A stretch of DNA of 64,000 nt from Chloroflexota bacterium (GTDB taxonomy: Bacteria > Chloroflexota > UBA11872). Where the stretch lies: assembly GCA_965219705.1 (NCBI GenBank), contig OZ244789.1, positions 2,478,580 through 2,542,579 of the forward strand, written 5' to 3'. This document shows positions 22,199 through 32,400 of this stretch, one piece after another. Below the pieces are notes generated by a model. That model was not told where the DNA came from, did no database searches, and saw only the letters and a list, made by a program, of their open reading frames with translations. The position numbers were made by a program, and so were the translations under genes. How positions within the stretch are numbered: position 1 is the stretch's first letter; each line of letters starts with the position of its first letter.

Positions 22199-22669
22199 AT
22201 GGCCATGGCTGTCCGTGAGGCGCGGATCCAGCGCCGCACGCCGCTCGCGGCACAGCTGGCGCACGTGGTGCTGCGGCCGATCAGCCCATCGCGGCTGGTG
22301 CTGGCCCTCATCGTGGCGGCCTTCGTGCTGGCCATGGTGTGGGTGCAGCAGACCCAGGCGATCGTGCGGGTTGGGGGCGAGGTGCAGATCCAGGAGCGGA
22401 GGCTCGAGGTCCTGCTGCAGGCTCAGCAAGACCTGCGCGCGCAGCTGGCCAGCGAAAACGATCTCCCAACCGTGCAGCGTGCGGCATTCACGGACCTCGA
22501 CATGCGCGAACCGACCGATTCCCTGTACGTGAGCAGTCAGGCATTGCCACCGGGCGTGTCATTGGACTTGCCGGTCTGGGCGGCGCCGAGCCAGAGGCTG
22601 TATGAGACTCCGTGGTGGGAAGCCTTTCTGCGAGCGATCAGTGCCAAGATCACGAGCCTCCGCGAGTAA
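22199..22669 (+). CDS. ftsL: cell division protein FtsL-like (bitopic, TM plus coiled coil)
   Basis: The TM LVLALIVAAFVLAMVWV is followed by a leucine-zipper-like segment. It sits between rsmH and the PBP gene. Confidence 0.7.
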   Translation: MAMAVREARIQRRTPLAAQLAHVVLRPISPSRLVLALIVAAFVLAMVWVQQTQAIVRVGGEVQIQERRLEVLLQAQQDLRAQLASENDLPTVQRAAFTDLDMREPTDSLYVSSQALPPGVSLDLPVWAAPSQRLYETPWWEAFLRAISAKITSLRE

Positions 22670-24428
22670 GCGCCCGGTCAACGGCCGGCCGGACGAGCCC
22701 GCGGACCCAAGCCGGCGATTGGCCGTCATGCTTGGCGGCGCCGCGCTGGGCGCCGGGGTGCTCGGGTGGCGCCTCTACGACTGGCATGTGAATCAAGCGG
22801 CGGACCTGGCCGCGCGCGGCGCGGGCGAGCTGCTGGCGCGGACCGAGCTGCACCCGCGGCGCGGCACCATCTACGACATTTCCGGCGACGTGCTCGCCAT
22901 CGAGCGCAGCGCCACCCGCGTGGTGGCGGACCCGCGCGTGGTGCACGAGGAGAGCGCCCCCTTCGACGTCGCCAATCGGCTCGGTGACATCCTCAGCCTC
23001 GATCCCATTCCGCTCGCAAACGCGATCAGCAACCCTCGGTCCCGCTATGCGCTGTTGGCGACCGGCCTTGTGGACGGCACCCAACGGCGATTGCGTGACG
23101 CCGTGGCGGCCGACGAGCTCCCGGGCATCCGGCTCGAGCCGGATCGCGTGCGCGTGTACCCCAACGGCCGCCTCGGCGCGCATGTGCTGGGCTTTCTCGG
23201 TGAGCGCGTCGATCGACCGGGCGACATCGTCGGTCAGGCCGGCGTCGAGGCGCACTATGACGATTTGCTGTCGGGCAGTCCCGGCCTGCGCACCTCGGAC
23301 CTCGACCGTCTGGGCCGCGAGATTCCCATCGGGCGTCACAATCTGCTGCCGGCCCGCCACGGCTCCCACCTCACGCTCACCCTCAACCGCACCATCCAGC
23401 ACATCGTCGAGGAGGAGCTGGAGGTGGCGGTCGATCGCTTCAGCGCGGCATCCGGCTCGGTGATCATGCTCGATCCGCGCACCGGCGCCATCTTGGCCCT
23501 GGCGAACGTGCCGGACTTTGACCCGGCGCGCGTGCACGAATACCAGTCGTTTGGCCCGGAATTCGCGAATCGCGCGCTGAGCCACATCTATGAGCCGGGC
23601 AGCACGTTCAAGCTCGTCACGATGGCTGCCGGGCTGGACAGCAAGGCCGTGACCCCCGAGTCGACCCATGATCTGCCGGGAACCCTTCGCTATTTCGGCG
23701 AGGAGTTCAAGAACTGGGACTTGCAGACCTATCCCGAGCAGAACATGACGAGCGTCTTGCGCCACTCAAGCAACACCGGCGCGATCTTTGTGGCGGATCG
23801 GACCGGTGCGGACCGGTTCTATGCCTACGTCGAGAAATTCGGGTTCGGCGACGTCACCGGCGTGGACCTCAGCGGCGAGGTTCCTGGGATCCTGCGCCGC
23901 CGCGGCGACCAAGCGTGGTTCCCGGCTGATCTGGCGGCCAACTCGTTCGGTCACGGGATCGGCGTGACGGCACTCCAGTTAGCCGCCGCCATTGGCGCCA
24001 TCGCCAACGACGGCACCCTCATGCGTCCCCATATCGTTCGGGCGGTTGAGCACCCGGACGGCCGGCGGGGATTCGTGCAGCCGCAGGAGGTGCGACAGGT
24101 CATTTCGCCGGAGACGTCACGCCGGCTCATCCAGATGATCGAAAGTGCCGAATCCGGCATCCTGAACAACCCCGCGACAGTGGCCGGGTATCGCACCGCG
24201 GGTAAAACGGGCACCGCCGAAATCCCGCTCGGCGGGCGCTTTCAATCCGACCTCTCGATCGCGTCGTACGCGGGGTTCGGACCGCTCGAGGACCCGCACG
24301 TGCTCACGCTCGTGGTGATCAACCGCCCGCAGAAGGGCTTCTTCGGCGCGTTTGTGGCGTCACCAACCTTCCAGCGAATCATGACCCGGGTTTTTTCGTA
24401 TCTGCGAATCCCGGCCCGCGCCGCATGA
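22641..24428 (+). CDS. ftsI: class B penicillin-binding protein (FtsI-type transpeptidase)
   Basis: The motifs SxxK (PGSTFK), SSN (SSNTG) and KTG (KTGTAE) are present, with TM LAVMLGGAALGAGVLGW. The start is uncertain among ATG 22602, GTG 22641 and ATG 22728, and the gene overlaps ftsL. Confidence 0.85.
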   Translation: MPRSRASASKRPVNGRPDEPADPSRRLAVMLGGAALGAGVLGWRLYDWHVNQAADLAARGAGELLARTELHPRRGTIYDISGDVLAIERSATRVVADPRVVHEESAPFDVANRLGDILSLDPIPLANAISNPRSRYALLATGLVDGTQRRLRDAVAADELPGIRLEPDRVRVYPNGRLGAHVLGFLGERVDRPGDIVGQAGVEAHYDDLLSGSPGLRTSDLDRLGREIPIGRHNLLPARHGSHLTLTLNRTIQHIVEEELEVAVDRFSAASGSVIMLDPRTGAILALANVPDFDPARVHEYQSFGPEFANRALSHIYEPGSTFKLVTMAAGLDSKAVTPESTHDLPGTLRYFGEEFKNWDLQTYPEQNMTSVLRHSSNTGAIFVADRTGADRFYAYVEKFGFGDVTGVDLSGEVPGILRRRGDQAWFPADLAANSFGHGIGVTALQLAAAIGAIANDGTLMRPHIVRAVEHPDGRRGFVQPQEVRQVISPETSRRLIQMIESAESGILNNPATVAGYRTAGKTGTAEIPLGGRFQSDLSIASYAGFGPLEDPHVLTLVVINRPQKGFFGAFVASPTFQRIMTRVFSYLRIPARAA

Positions 24429-24432
24429 GCTG

Positions 24433-25569
24433 ATGGCAACGAGCGCACATCCCGCGCTGCCGGGGATCCGGTGGCCGCCGCAGGATCCAATTCTGCTGCT
24501 CCTGACCGTGCTGCTGCCGTTGGGCGGCGCCGTCATGGTCGCCAGCGCCCGCATCCCGGCGGTGCTCGGCGAGGGCGCGCCAATCGACGCTGACACCATC
24601 CAGCAAATGGTGTTCGGGATCTCGGGGTTGGTGCTGGCGTTGGCGCTGAGCGCCGTGGACTACCAGCGCTACGAGCGCTTCGCCTTGCCGGCTCTGGGCG
24701 TGACCTGGCTGCTGCTCCTGGGGGTCTACTTCTTCTCGAACGCACCGCCGCACTTGGCGGCCAGACGCTGGTTCGTGATTGGGGACTTCACGCTGCAGCC
24801 CAGTGAGTTCGCCAAGATCGCCCTGATTCTGGCCCTGGCCAAGCTTGGCAAGCAGGTCGGCGCCAGGGTGCGGGATTGGCGCATTGCCGTGATCGGCGGC
24901 GGCGGACTCCTGGCCGCGGTGGTGCTGCCCGTGCTCGCGGAGCCCGACCTGGGAACGGCCGTCACCATGGCCGTCGTGGTTCTGGCGATGCTGTTCGTGG
25001 CCGGCGCTCGCCTGCGTCACATTGCGGTGCTGCCGCTTGGCGCGCTGGTGGCCGGGGCGATTTCCATCGCCATCCACGAGTATCAGCGGACGCGGGTGCT
25101 GGCCTTCCTCACGCGCGACCCTGAAGTGACGAACACGGGCTACCAAGCCGCGCAGTCCAAGATTGCCCTCGGCGCTGGCGGCGTGACCGGCCGCGGCCTG
25201 GGTGCGGGCACGCAAAAGTTCTTGTTGCCGGTGCCCGATTCCGACTCCATCTTCGCCGTGATCGGCGAGGAGTTCGGGCTTGTCGGCACGGGGCTGGTGC
25301 TGCTGCTGTTTCTGGCGCTGTTCGTGCGCGGGGTCCAGATCGCCGGCGCCACCGAGGATCCCTTTGGCCGCTTGCTGGCCGTGGGCATCGTGACGCAGCT
25401 GACGTTTCAGGCCTTCGTGAATATGGGCGTGGTCACGGGATTGATCCCCGTCACGGGCCTCACGCTGCCATTCGTGAGCCTGGGCGGCTCGTCGTTGCTC
25501 ACCTCGCTGCTGATGATGGGCATGTTGCTCAACGTGTCGCGCAAGTCCGCGTTGCAGCGGCGCGAATGA
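24433..25569 (+). CDS. ftsW: FtsW/RodA family SEDS peptidoglycan glycosyltransferase
   Basis: This 378-aa protein has ~10 TM segments. It lies in the dcw cluster between ftsI and murG. Confidence 0.9.
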   Translation: MATSAHPALPGIRWPPQDPILLLLTVLLPLGGAVMVASARIPAVLGEGAPIDADTIQQMVFGISGLVLALALSAVDYQRYERFALPALGVTWLLLLGVYFFSNAPPHLAARRWFVIGDFTLQPSEFAKIALILALAKLGKQVGARVRDWRIAVIGGGGLLAAVVLPVLAEPDLGTAVTMAVVVLAMLFVAGARLRHIAVLPLGALVAGAISIAIHEYQRTRVLAFLTRDPEVTNTGYQAAQSKIALGAGGVTGRGLGAGTQKFLLPVPDSDSIFAVIGEEFGLVGTGLVLLLFLALFVRGVQIAGATEDPFGRLLAVGIVTQLTFQAFVNMGVVTGLIPVTGLTLPFVSLGGSSLLTSLLMMGMLLNVSRKSALQRRE

Positions 25570-26690
25570 GAATCCTGCTGGCCGGCGGCGGCACCGCCGG
25601 ACACATCTTTCCGACTCTGGCCGTGGCGCGGCGTCTGCGCGAGCTGCTCGGCGCCGACGGGGCCGAGCTCACGATCGTCTGCGGCGCGCGTGAGCTTGAT
25701 CGGGAGCTGTACCGGGGCGTGGATTTCGACCTCTTCCCCATCCACGTGCGCGGCATCGTGGGCGTGGGTTTCGCGCGTCTGCCGGCACGGCTTTGGCGAC
25801 TCTGCATCTCGACGGTTGCCGTGTGGCGCGACCTCGGAGAACGGCCGCCGGACGCGATCGTCGCCAGCGGCGGCTATGTGAGCGTCCCCGTCATGCTGGC
25901 CGGGTGGCTGCGGGGCGTCCCGCGCCTGATCTTCTCCGGCGACGCGCAGCTCGGGTGGGCCACGAAGGCGCTGGCCCCACTGGCCACCGTCGCCACGGTG
26001 GCATTCCCCGAAGCGGTGGGGCAACTGCGCGGCCCGCGGATCGAGTTCACGGGCTATCCCCTGCGGGACGTCTTTGCGCATCCCGATCGCGCCGCCGGCC
26101 GCGCTCGCGTGGGCGCTCCACCGGACGAGGTCCTCGTGCTCGTCGTGGGCGGCAGTCAGGGCGCACATGCGATTAACCTGGCCGTTGCGCGGGATCTCGC
26201 CCACTTGCTCGAGCGGGCGGTGATCGTGCATGTGACCGGACGCCACGATCTCGAATGGCTTGCCACCGCGCGGGAGAGACTGCCCGCCGAGCTCCGCGCG
26301 CGCTACCACGTCCACGCCTTCATCAGGGATGGCTTCGCCGATCTGATGGCGGCCGCCGACCTGATGGTCACGCGTTCGGGTGCAACGGCCGTGGCCGAGC
26401 TTGGCGCCGTCGGTGCTCCCGCCGTGATCGTGCCCGGCGCCTTCGGCGCTGGACACCAGATTGCCACCGCGAACGCTGTTGCCGCATCCGGAGCGGCCGT
26501 GGTTCTGCTGGACGAGGATCTGGCGCAGGGCCGACTCGCCTCGACGATCGCGGACCTGCTGGCCGACGGTCGCCGCCTCGCCAAGATGCGCCGCGCGGCG
26601 GCGGCGCGCGGCCGGCCGGCCGCCGCAGACGCCGTGGCCCGAATCGCGATCAAGCTCGCCGATCCGACCTGGCAGGCGGCGCAGGCATGA
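25566..26690 (+). CDS. murG: UDP-N-acetylglucosamine--N-acetylmuramyl-(pentapeptide) pyrophosphoryl-undecaprenol N-acetylglucosamine transferase MurG
   Basis: The sequences GGTAGHIFP and ...VTRSGATAVAELGAVGAPAVIVP are present. The stop is coupled to murC as ATGA. Confidence 0.9.
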   Translation: MRILLAGGGTAGHIFPTLAVARRLRELLGADGAELTIVCGARELDRELYRGVDFDLFPIHVRGIVGVGFARLPARLWRLCISTVAVWRDLGERPPDAIVASGGYVSVPVMLAGWLRGVPRLIFSGDAQLGWATKALAPLATVATVAFPEAVGQLRGPRIEFTGYPLRDVFAHPDRAAGRARVGAPPDEVLVLVVGGSQGAHAINLAVARDLAHLLERAVIVHVTGRHDLEWLATARERLPAELRARYHVHAFIRDGFADLMAAADLMVTRSGATAVAELGAVGAPAVIVPGAFGAGHQIATANAVAASGAAVVLLDEDLAQGRLASTIADLLADGRRLAKMRRAAAARGRPAAADAVARIAIKLADPTWQAAQA

Positions 26691-28081
26691 GCGCCGAGCC
26701 GCGGCGGCTGCTGGCGTCCGGCGTGCGCCACGTGCATGTCGTGGGCGTAGCCGGAGCGGGCATGTCCGGCATCGCGGCGGCGCTGCTCGACCTGGAACTG
26801 CATCTGAGCGGCAGTGACCTGCGCACCACCCCTGCAACGGATCGGCTCGCGGCGCGCGGCGCCCATATTCAGGGCGGTCATGCCATCGGCAATGTTGTCG
26901 GAGCCGACCTGGTGGTGCATTCCGCGGCTGTCCCGGCGGACAATGTGGAGCTCGTCGAGGCCCGGGCCCGCGGCGTGCCGGTGGCCTCGCGCGCGGCGAT
27001 CATCGCCGAGCTCTTCAACGAGTCGCGCGGCATCGCCATCGCCGGGACGCATGGCAAGTCCACCACCAGCGCCATGACGGCCACGGTGCTCCGGGTGACG
27101 GGCCGCGACCCGAGCTTTCTCATCGGCGCGGCCAGCCCGTCGCTCGATCACGACAACGGTCGCTTCCGGCGGGGGAGCTGGATGGTCGTCGAAGCCGACG
27201 AGTTCGACTCGGCGCTTCTTGCCTATCGTCCCGAGATTGCCGTCATCACCAACCTCGAGCGCGATCATCTGGACTACTTCGGGTCCGAGGCGCGGTTGGT
27301 CGAGGCCTTCGCCACATTCGCGGCGCGGCTGCCCGCGGGCTCGCAGTTGATCGCCCGCGGCGACGTGGCCCACTTGCGACACGTGGCGACCAGAGCGCCC
27401 ATGCCCGCGATGTGGTTCGGCCCGGGCGAAGCGTGGGACCTAGCGGCCTACGCTCCGGTTGCCGACGGGTCCGCGCTGGAATTTCGCACGCCGCACGGGC
27501 TGCTGGGCTGCCATCTGCGGGTGCGCGGACACCACAATGCGTGGAACGCGCTGGCGGCGCTGATGGCGTCCACCTTGGCCGGGGTGCCGGCGGCGGATGC
27601 CGCGCAGGCGCTCGAGTCGTTCGCCGGCGTCGAGCGCCGCCTGCACGTGCGGGCCTGCGCGGGCGGCGTGCGGGTGCTCGAAGACTACGCGCACCATCCC
27701 ACGGCCGTGCGCGCCACCATCGAAGCGGCGCGCGAGTTCACCCACCGACGGCTGTGGGCGATCTATCAGCCGCTGCTCCGCAGCCGGACGCTCGACCTCT
27801 TGGATGACTTTGTGGACGCGTTTGCGGGCGCCGACCGCGTAACTCTCGCGGAGATCTACTCACCGCCGGGCCGTGAGCACGGCGTCGCTGCCAGCTCGGC
27901 GCTCCTGGCCGCCCGCGTCCGACATCCGGATGCGAGCTTCTTGCCGTCGTTTGATGTCATCGCCGCCTTGGTCGCCGCGGAGGCCGCCGAGGGCGATCTC
28001 ATCCTGGTCATGGGACCGGATTCCGTGACCCCGCTGGCAGATCGGATAAGCGAGTGGGTCAGCGCGCGGGCGGCTGCATGA
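26687..28081 (+). CDS. murC: UDP-N-acetylmuramate--L-alanine ligase MurC
   Basis: The sequences GVAGAGMSGIAAAL...GTHGKSTT are present. The ATG at 26687 overlaps the murG stop. The longer ORF 26255..28081 has an N-terminus out of frame with murG and was rejected. Confidence 0.9.
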   Translation: MSAEPRRLLASGVRHVHVVGVAGAGMSGIAAALLDLELHLSGSDLRTTPATDRLAARGAHIQGGHAIGNVVGADLVVHSAAVPADNVELVEARARGVPVASRAAIIAELFNESRGIAIAGTHGKSTTSAMTATVLRVTGRDPSFLIGAASPSLDHDNGRFRRGSWMVVEADEFDSALLAYRPEIAVITNLERDHLDYFGSEARLVEAFATFAARLPAGSQLIARGDVAHLRHVATRAPMPAMWFGPGEAWDLAAYAPVADGSALEFRTPHGLLGCHLRVRGHHNAWNALAALMASTLAGVPAADAAQALESFAGVERRLHVRACAGGVRVLEDYAHHPTAVRATIEAAREFTHRRLWAIYQPLLRSRTLDLLDDFVDAFAGADRVTLAEIYSPPGREHGVAASSALLAARVRHPDASFLPSFDVIAALVAAEAAEGDLILVMGPDSVTPLADRISEWVSARAAA

Positions 28082-29001
28082 GCACGTCGCTATCCCTCCC
28101 GGGACATCTGAACGTGCGCCAGCGAGAGCCGTTGGCGCGGCATTCGACCTTCGGCGTCGGCGGCCCGGCCGACCTTTGGGTCGAGGTGCCCACCGTGGAC
28201 GATCTCACCGCGGTGCTCGACGCGGCTGAGACGGCGGGCCTTCCCCGCACGGTCGTGGGTCATGGCACGAACCTGCTCGTGGCCGACGCCGGCATCGAGG
28301 GCTTGGTCCTGGCCAACGGCTGTGTCGGATTGACGTTTGACGCCGCGGCCGGCCTGGCCCACGTCGAATCAGGCCACACGATGGCGCGGCTTGCCAGGCG
28401 GGCCGCCGCCGGCGGCCATGCCGGTCTGGGGTTCGCGATCGGCGTTCCCGGCACCGTCGGCGGCGCCGTGTTTGGCAACGCCGGCGCGTGGGGCAGCGAC
28501 ATTGCGGCCGTGCTGGCGTCAGCCGATATTTGGTATCCCGACGGCGTGCGGCGGGTGTGTCCCGACGAGCTGGCCTTTGGATACCGGCGCAGCGCGTTGC
28601 AGGATGATCCCCAATTGCCGGTGGTACTGCGCGCGGCCCTCCGCATTCAGCCCGGCGACCCCGACGCGCTGCACGCCCAGCTCGAGACCTTCGCACGCCG
28701 CCGCGGGGAAACTCAGCCGCGCGGGCAAAACGCCGGCTCGTTCTTCAAGAACCCGAGCGGGGACTACGCGGGCCGGCTCATCGAATCCGCGGGACTCAAG
28801 GGATGCGCCCGCGGCGGGGCGTTCGTATCGCCGGTGCACGCCAACTTCATCAGCAACGACGGCACCGCCACGGCGGCGGACATTCTGGCGCTGGCGCTTC
28901 ACGTGCAGACGATCGTGCAGCAACGGCATGGCGTTCGCCTCGAACCGGAAGTGCGCGTGCTGGGCCGCTGGGATGCCGCGGCCGGGGAGCTGACCGCATG
29001 A
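28078..29001 (+). CDS. murB: UDP-N-acetylenolpyruvoylglucosamine reductase MurB
   Basis: The start MSTSLSLPG overlaps the murC stop as ATGA. An FAD-binding N-terminus is present. Confidence 0.9.
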   Translation: MSTSLSLPGHLNVRQREPLARHSTFGVGGPADLWVEVPTVDDLTAVLDAAETAGLPRTVVGHGTNLLVADAGIEGLVLANGCVGLTFDAAAGLAHVESGHTMARLARRAAAGGHAGLGFAIGVPGTVGGAVFGNAGAWGSDIAAVLASADIWYPDGVRRVCPDELAFGYRRSALQDDPQLPVVLRAALRIQPGDPDALHAQLETFARRRGETQPRGQNAGSFFKNPSGDYAGRLIESAGLKGCARGGAFVSPVHANFISNDGTATAADILALALHVQTIVQQRHGVRLEPEVRVLGRWDAAAGELTA

Positions 29002-29765
29002 CGCCCGATGCCCGCACATGGCACGTCCATCTGCTCTCATTGGTGATCGCCGGCGTGACCACCATCCTGCTCGTGTGGATGCTCACCTCGCCGGTGATGC
29101 GGGTGCGCAACATCACCGTGCATCGAGCAGCGTCGTCACCGCCGCCGGTCGTGAGCGCGGAACAGATCGAGTCGTTTGTCAGCCAGTTCGTTGGGGCCAG
29201 CGTGTTTCGCATCGACACCGCCGCCATCCGTGACGAATTGCAGGAGATGCCGGGGGTGGCTGACGCGCTGGTGGATGTGTCGGTCGATGGCCACCTCACG
29301 GTCACGATTGCCTATGACGCGCCGGTGGCCAACTGGATCATTGGCGGGCAAAGCTATCTGGTTGACGCCGATGGCCAGATCCTGGCCGCGCGCTATCGAC
29401 CCGAGCTCGAGCTGACGATCGAGGACACCGGTGTCCGCGAGGCCGCCCCCGGCGAGCACGTCAACCTGCCCGCGTTGCTGGCCGCCTACCAACTGCAGAG
29501 CAACTTGCCGTTGCTCCGCGTGTTCCCCAACCGGATTCAGTACGCCGCCGGCAACCTGACGGTCATCGATCACTCTGGTCGTGAGCTGCAGTTCGGGGGC
29601 ATTGACAAGCTCGAGCCGAAGCTCGTGGCGCTGCAGGCCGTGCTTGAGCGAGCCACCCGCCGGGGTGAGCGCATCGCCTCGGTGGACCTGCGCCCCGTGG
29701 ACCGGCCCACCTATCGAACCACCAACGCTCCCCCGCTGATCAGCACGATCGGGGAGCCGCCGTGA
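28998..29765 (+). CDS. ftsQ: cell division protein FtsQ (POTRA domain)
   Basis: The start MTPDARTWHV overlaps murB as ATGA. It has a TM LLSLVIAGVTTILLVWML followed by a POTRA domain. Confidence 0.8.
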   Translation: MTPDARTWHVHLLSLVIAGVTTILLVWMLTSPVMRVRNITVHRAASSPPPVVSAEQIESFVSQFVGASVFRIDTAAIRDELQEMPGVADALVDVSVDGHLTVTIAYDAPVANWIIGGQSYLVDADGQILAARYRPELELTIEDTGVREAAPGEHVNLPALLAAYQLQSNLPLLRVFPNRIQYAAGNLTVIDHSGRELQFGGIDKLEPKLVALQAVLERATRRGERIASVDLRPVDRPTYRTTNAPPLISTIGEPP

Positions 29766-29826
29766 GCTAGCGCAGGCAGGACGGACTGAGTCAGCAGACA
29801 TCCGGGGGGCACTGGAGGAGCAGACG

Positions 29827-31077
29827 TTGGGACGCAATCGAACGGTCATCGGGCTCGATGTGGGAACGACCAAGACCTGTGTGGTCGTCGGTCGGGAATA
29901 TCGGGACACGCAGCTGCATGTCCTGGGCATAGGCACGGCGCCGTCGCTTGGCCTCAAAGGTGGGCAAGTCGTCGACATCGTGCAGACGATCAAGGCAATC
30001 GATGAGGCGGTGATGCGCGCCGAGGAGGCGTCGCAGACGCGCGTGCGGGACGTGGTGGCCGGAATCGCCGGCGGGCACTTGCAGTCGCACAGCCAGCACG
30101 CCGAGCTGCGGCTCGGCGCGAACGACCCAACGGTTCGGCCGCGGCACATGAACAGCATCGTGCGCACGGCGGCCACGATCTCCCTGCCTGCCGAGCGCGA
30201 GATCGCCGCCGTCATTCCCAAGACCTTTAGCGTGGACCATCTCACCGATGTGCTGGATCCGCGCGGGCTCACCGGGCGTTCACTGAAAGTCGAGGCGCAC
30301 GTGGTGACAGGGGCCACCAACGCCATGGCCAACCTCGAGCGCTGCGTCACGGGCGCCGGGTGCGGCATTGAGGATCGCGTCCTGCAGCCGCTGGCGTCGG
30401 CCGCTTCGTGTCTGACGGCGGACCAGCGCCGGGAGGGCGCGGCGGTCGTCGACATCGGCGGCGGCACGACGGACGTGGCGATCTACGTCGGCGATGCCTG
30501 CTGGCACATTGCGGTGCTGCCCATGGGCGGCGCGCTGGTGACCGCGGACATCGCGCGCGGCCTTCGCCTGCCCCTGCGCGTGGCCGAAGCCCTCAAGATC
30601 CAGCATGGTCGGGCGGACCCGTGGGTCGATGCCGACGAGTCGGCGGTCGAGGTGCCGGGGTTCGACTACGGCTCGCCGGTCGCCGTCCGCCGCCGCGATC
30701 TTGCCCAGGTCATCAACGCGCGCATGGAGGAGATCTTCACGCATGTGCGGGACGAGATCGTCCGCAGCGGGTACTACGACGTGCTGCCGGCCGGCGTGGT
30801 GTTGACGGGCGGCGGGTCGCAGATCCCGGGCCTGGCGGCCAAGGCGTCTGAGATTCTCGAGCTTCCGGTGGTGCTTGGCCGGCCGCAGGCACTCGCGGGG
30901 CTTGATGAGGACATGCGCGGGCCGCAATTCAGCACCGCCATCGGGTTGACGATGATGGGCGCGGCGCCGCGCTCGGACAACGGCTGGCTGGAGCAACGGC
31001 CGGTGCGACGGAGCGGGGGCGTGCTCACCAGCTTCGGTTCGTGGCTGCGCGGCTTTGCATCACCAGCTTCCGCCTGA
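29827..31077 (+). CDS. ftsA: cell division protein FtsA
   Basis: The TTG start has GGAGGA 7 nt upstream. The actin-like fold sequence VIGLDVGTTKTCVVVG... is present. Confidence 0.9.
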   Translation: MGRNRTVIGLDVGTTKTCVVVGREYRDTQLHVLGIGTAPSLGLKGGQVVDIVQTIKAIDEAVMRAEEASQTRVRDVVAGIAGGHLQSHSQHAELRLGANDPTVRPRHMNSIVRTAATISLPAEREIAAVIPKTFSVDHLTDVLDPRGLTGRSLKVEAHVVTGATNAMANLERCVTGAGCGIEDRVLQPLASAASCLTADQRREGAAVVDIGGGTTDVAIYVGDACWHIAVLPMGGALVTADIARGLRLPLRVAEALKIQHGRADPWVDADESAVEVPGFDYGSPVAVRRRDLAQVINARMEEIFTHVRDEIVRSGYYDVLPAGVVLTGGGSQIPGLAAKASEILELPVVLGRPQALAGLDEDMRGPQFSTAIGLTMMGAAPRSDNGWLEQRPVRRSGGVLTSFGSWLRGFASPASA

Positions 31078-31186
31078 TGATATGTCCCACAAACACATTA
31101 CTGTTGTGCATAATGAGTTGCCGAACGCGCGAGCTGACCCACAGACGTCCGCCAGCGCCGGACTGCGGCCGATAGAGGACCACGAC

Positions 31187-32341
31187 ATGAATGACGATAC
31201 TGACGGCACGAGCCGCATCACGCGCCTCACGACGCCGCGGCGCAACCCGTCCACGGCTCCCAGCGAGCAATCCTCCGCCAACATCAAGGTGGTCGGCGTC
31301 GGCGGCGGTGGGAGCAACGCCGTCGATCGGATGATCGACGTCAGCGTGAGCGGCGTGGAATTCATCACCGTCAACACCGATGCGCAAGCGCTGATGCGCT
31401 CCCAGGCCTCCGCGCGCGTGCACATCGGGGAAAAGGCGACCCGCGGGCTCGGCTCGGGCGGGAACCCGGCGCTTGGTCACAAGGCGGCCGAGGAGTCTGC
31501 CGAGGACCTGCGCGAGGCGCTCGAAGGGGCCGACATGATCTTTATCGCCGCCGGCATGGGCGGCGGAACCGGCACGGGCGGAGCTCCGGTCGTGGCCGAG
31601 ATCGCGCAGGAAAGCGACGCGCTGACCGTCGGCGTCGTCACCCGTCCCTTTGGGTTCGAAGGCTCCTCGCGCGCCCGCGTGGCCGATGAAGGGATCCAAG
31701 ACCTTGGCGAGCGCGTCGACACGTTGGTTGTGATTCCCAATGATCGACTGCTCAACGTGGCCGACGCCAAGTCCACGATCAGCGAGGCCTTTGCGCTGGC
31801 CGACGATGTGCTGCGGCAGGCCATTCAGGGGGTGTCGGACCTCATCACCATGCCCGGTCTGATCAACCTGGACTTCAACGACGTGCGGGCCGTCATGACG
31901 GATGCGGGAACCGCGCTCATGGCCATGGGCGAGGGGCAGGGCGAGTCCCGCGCGACCGACGCCATCACCCAGGCCCTGAACAGCCCGCTGCTCGACACCT
32001 CCATGGACGGGGCACGAGGCGTGCTGTTGAACTTCACCGGTGGCTCGGACATGACGCTGTACGAGGTCAACGAAGCGGCGGAAATCGTGTCCAAGACGGC
32101 CGACCCCAACGCCAACATCATCTTCGGCACGGTGGTCGACGAGTCGCTGGAAGGCCGCATCCACGTCACCGTGATCGCGACGGGCTTTCAGCAGGAGCGC
32201 AAGGAAAAGCGTCCCGCGGCGCGGCCACGCGCGCGAACGTCCGCGGCGCCCCGGGTGCGCGAGCTGGATTTCTCGCCCGGTCCAGGGGCCACGCCCGAGA
32301 TCGAGATTCCGGCGTTCCTGCGGCGCAGGTCCGCTGGGTAG
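31187..32341 (+). CDS. ftsZ: cell division protein FtsZ (with an N-terminal extension of ~30 aa)
   Basis: GGGGSNAV and other tubulin signature motifs are present. ATG 31187 has AGAGGA 9 nt upstream. ORF 31055 would overlap ftsA by 23 nt. Confidence 0.9.
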   Translation: MNDDTDGTSRITRLTTPRRNPSTAPSEQSSANIKVVGVGGGGSNAVDRMIDVSVSGVEFITVNTDAQALMRSQASARVHIGEKATRGLGSGGNPALGHKAAEESAEDLREALEGADMIFIAAGMGGGTGTGGAPVVAEIAQESDALTVGVVTRPFGFEGSSRARVADEGIQDLGERVDTLVVIPNDRLLNVADAKSTISEAFALADDVLRQAIQGVSDLITMPGLINLDFNDVRAVMTDAGTALMAMGEGQGESRATDAITQALNSPLLDTSMDGARGVLLNFTGGSDMTLYEVNEAAEIVSKTADPNANIIFGTVVDESLEGRIHVTVIATGFQQERKEKRPAARPRARTSAAPRVRELDFSPGPGATPEIEIPAFLRRRSAG

Positions 32342-32400
32342 TCGCACGACAGGCCACCAACCGTCGGCGGCGCGTGCCCGCCGGCGCCTAGAATGGCGGG

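Noticed and set aside
22602-22640. ATG 22602 as the ftsI start (68-nt overlap with ftsL)
   Set aside because: The unusually long overlap and 42-aa cytoplasmic tail make GTG 22641 more plausible. I could not decide from sequence alone, so the feature is reported with start uncertainty.
26255-26686. N-terminal extension of ORF 26255..28081
   Set aside because: It is out of frame with murG. murC begins at ATG 26687, overlapping the murG stop as ATGA.
29136-32347. Minus-strand ORFs of 443 and 440 aa
   Set aside because: They are antisense to ftsQ/ftsA and ftsZ.
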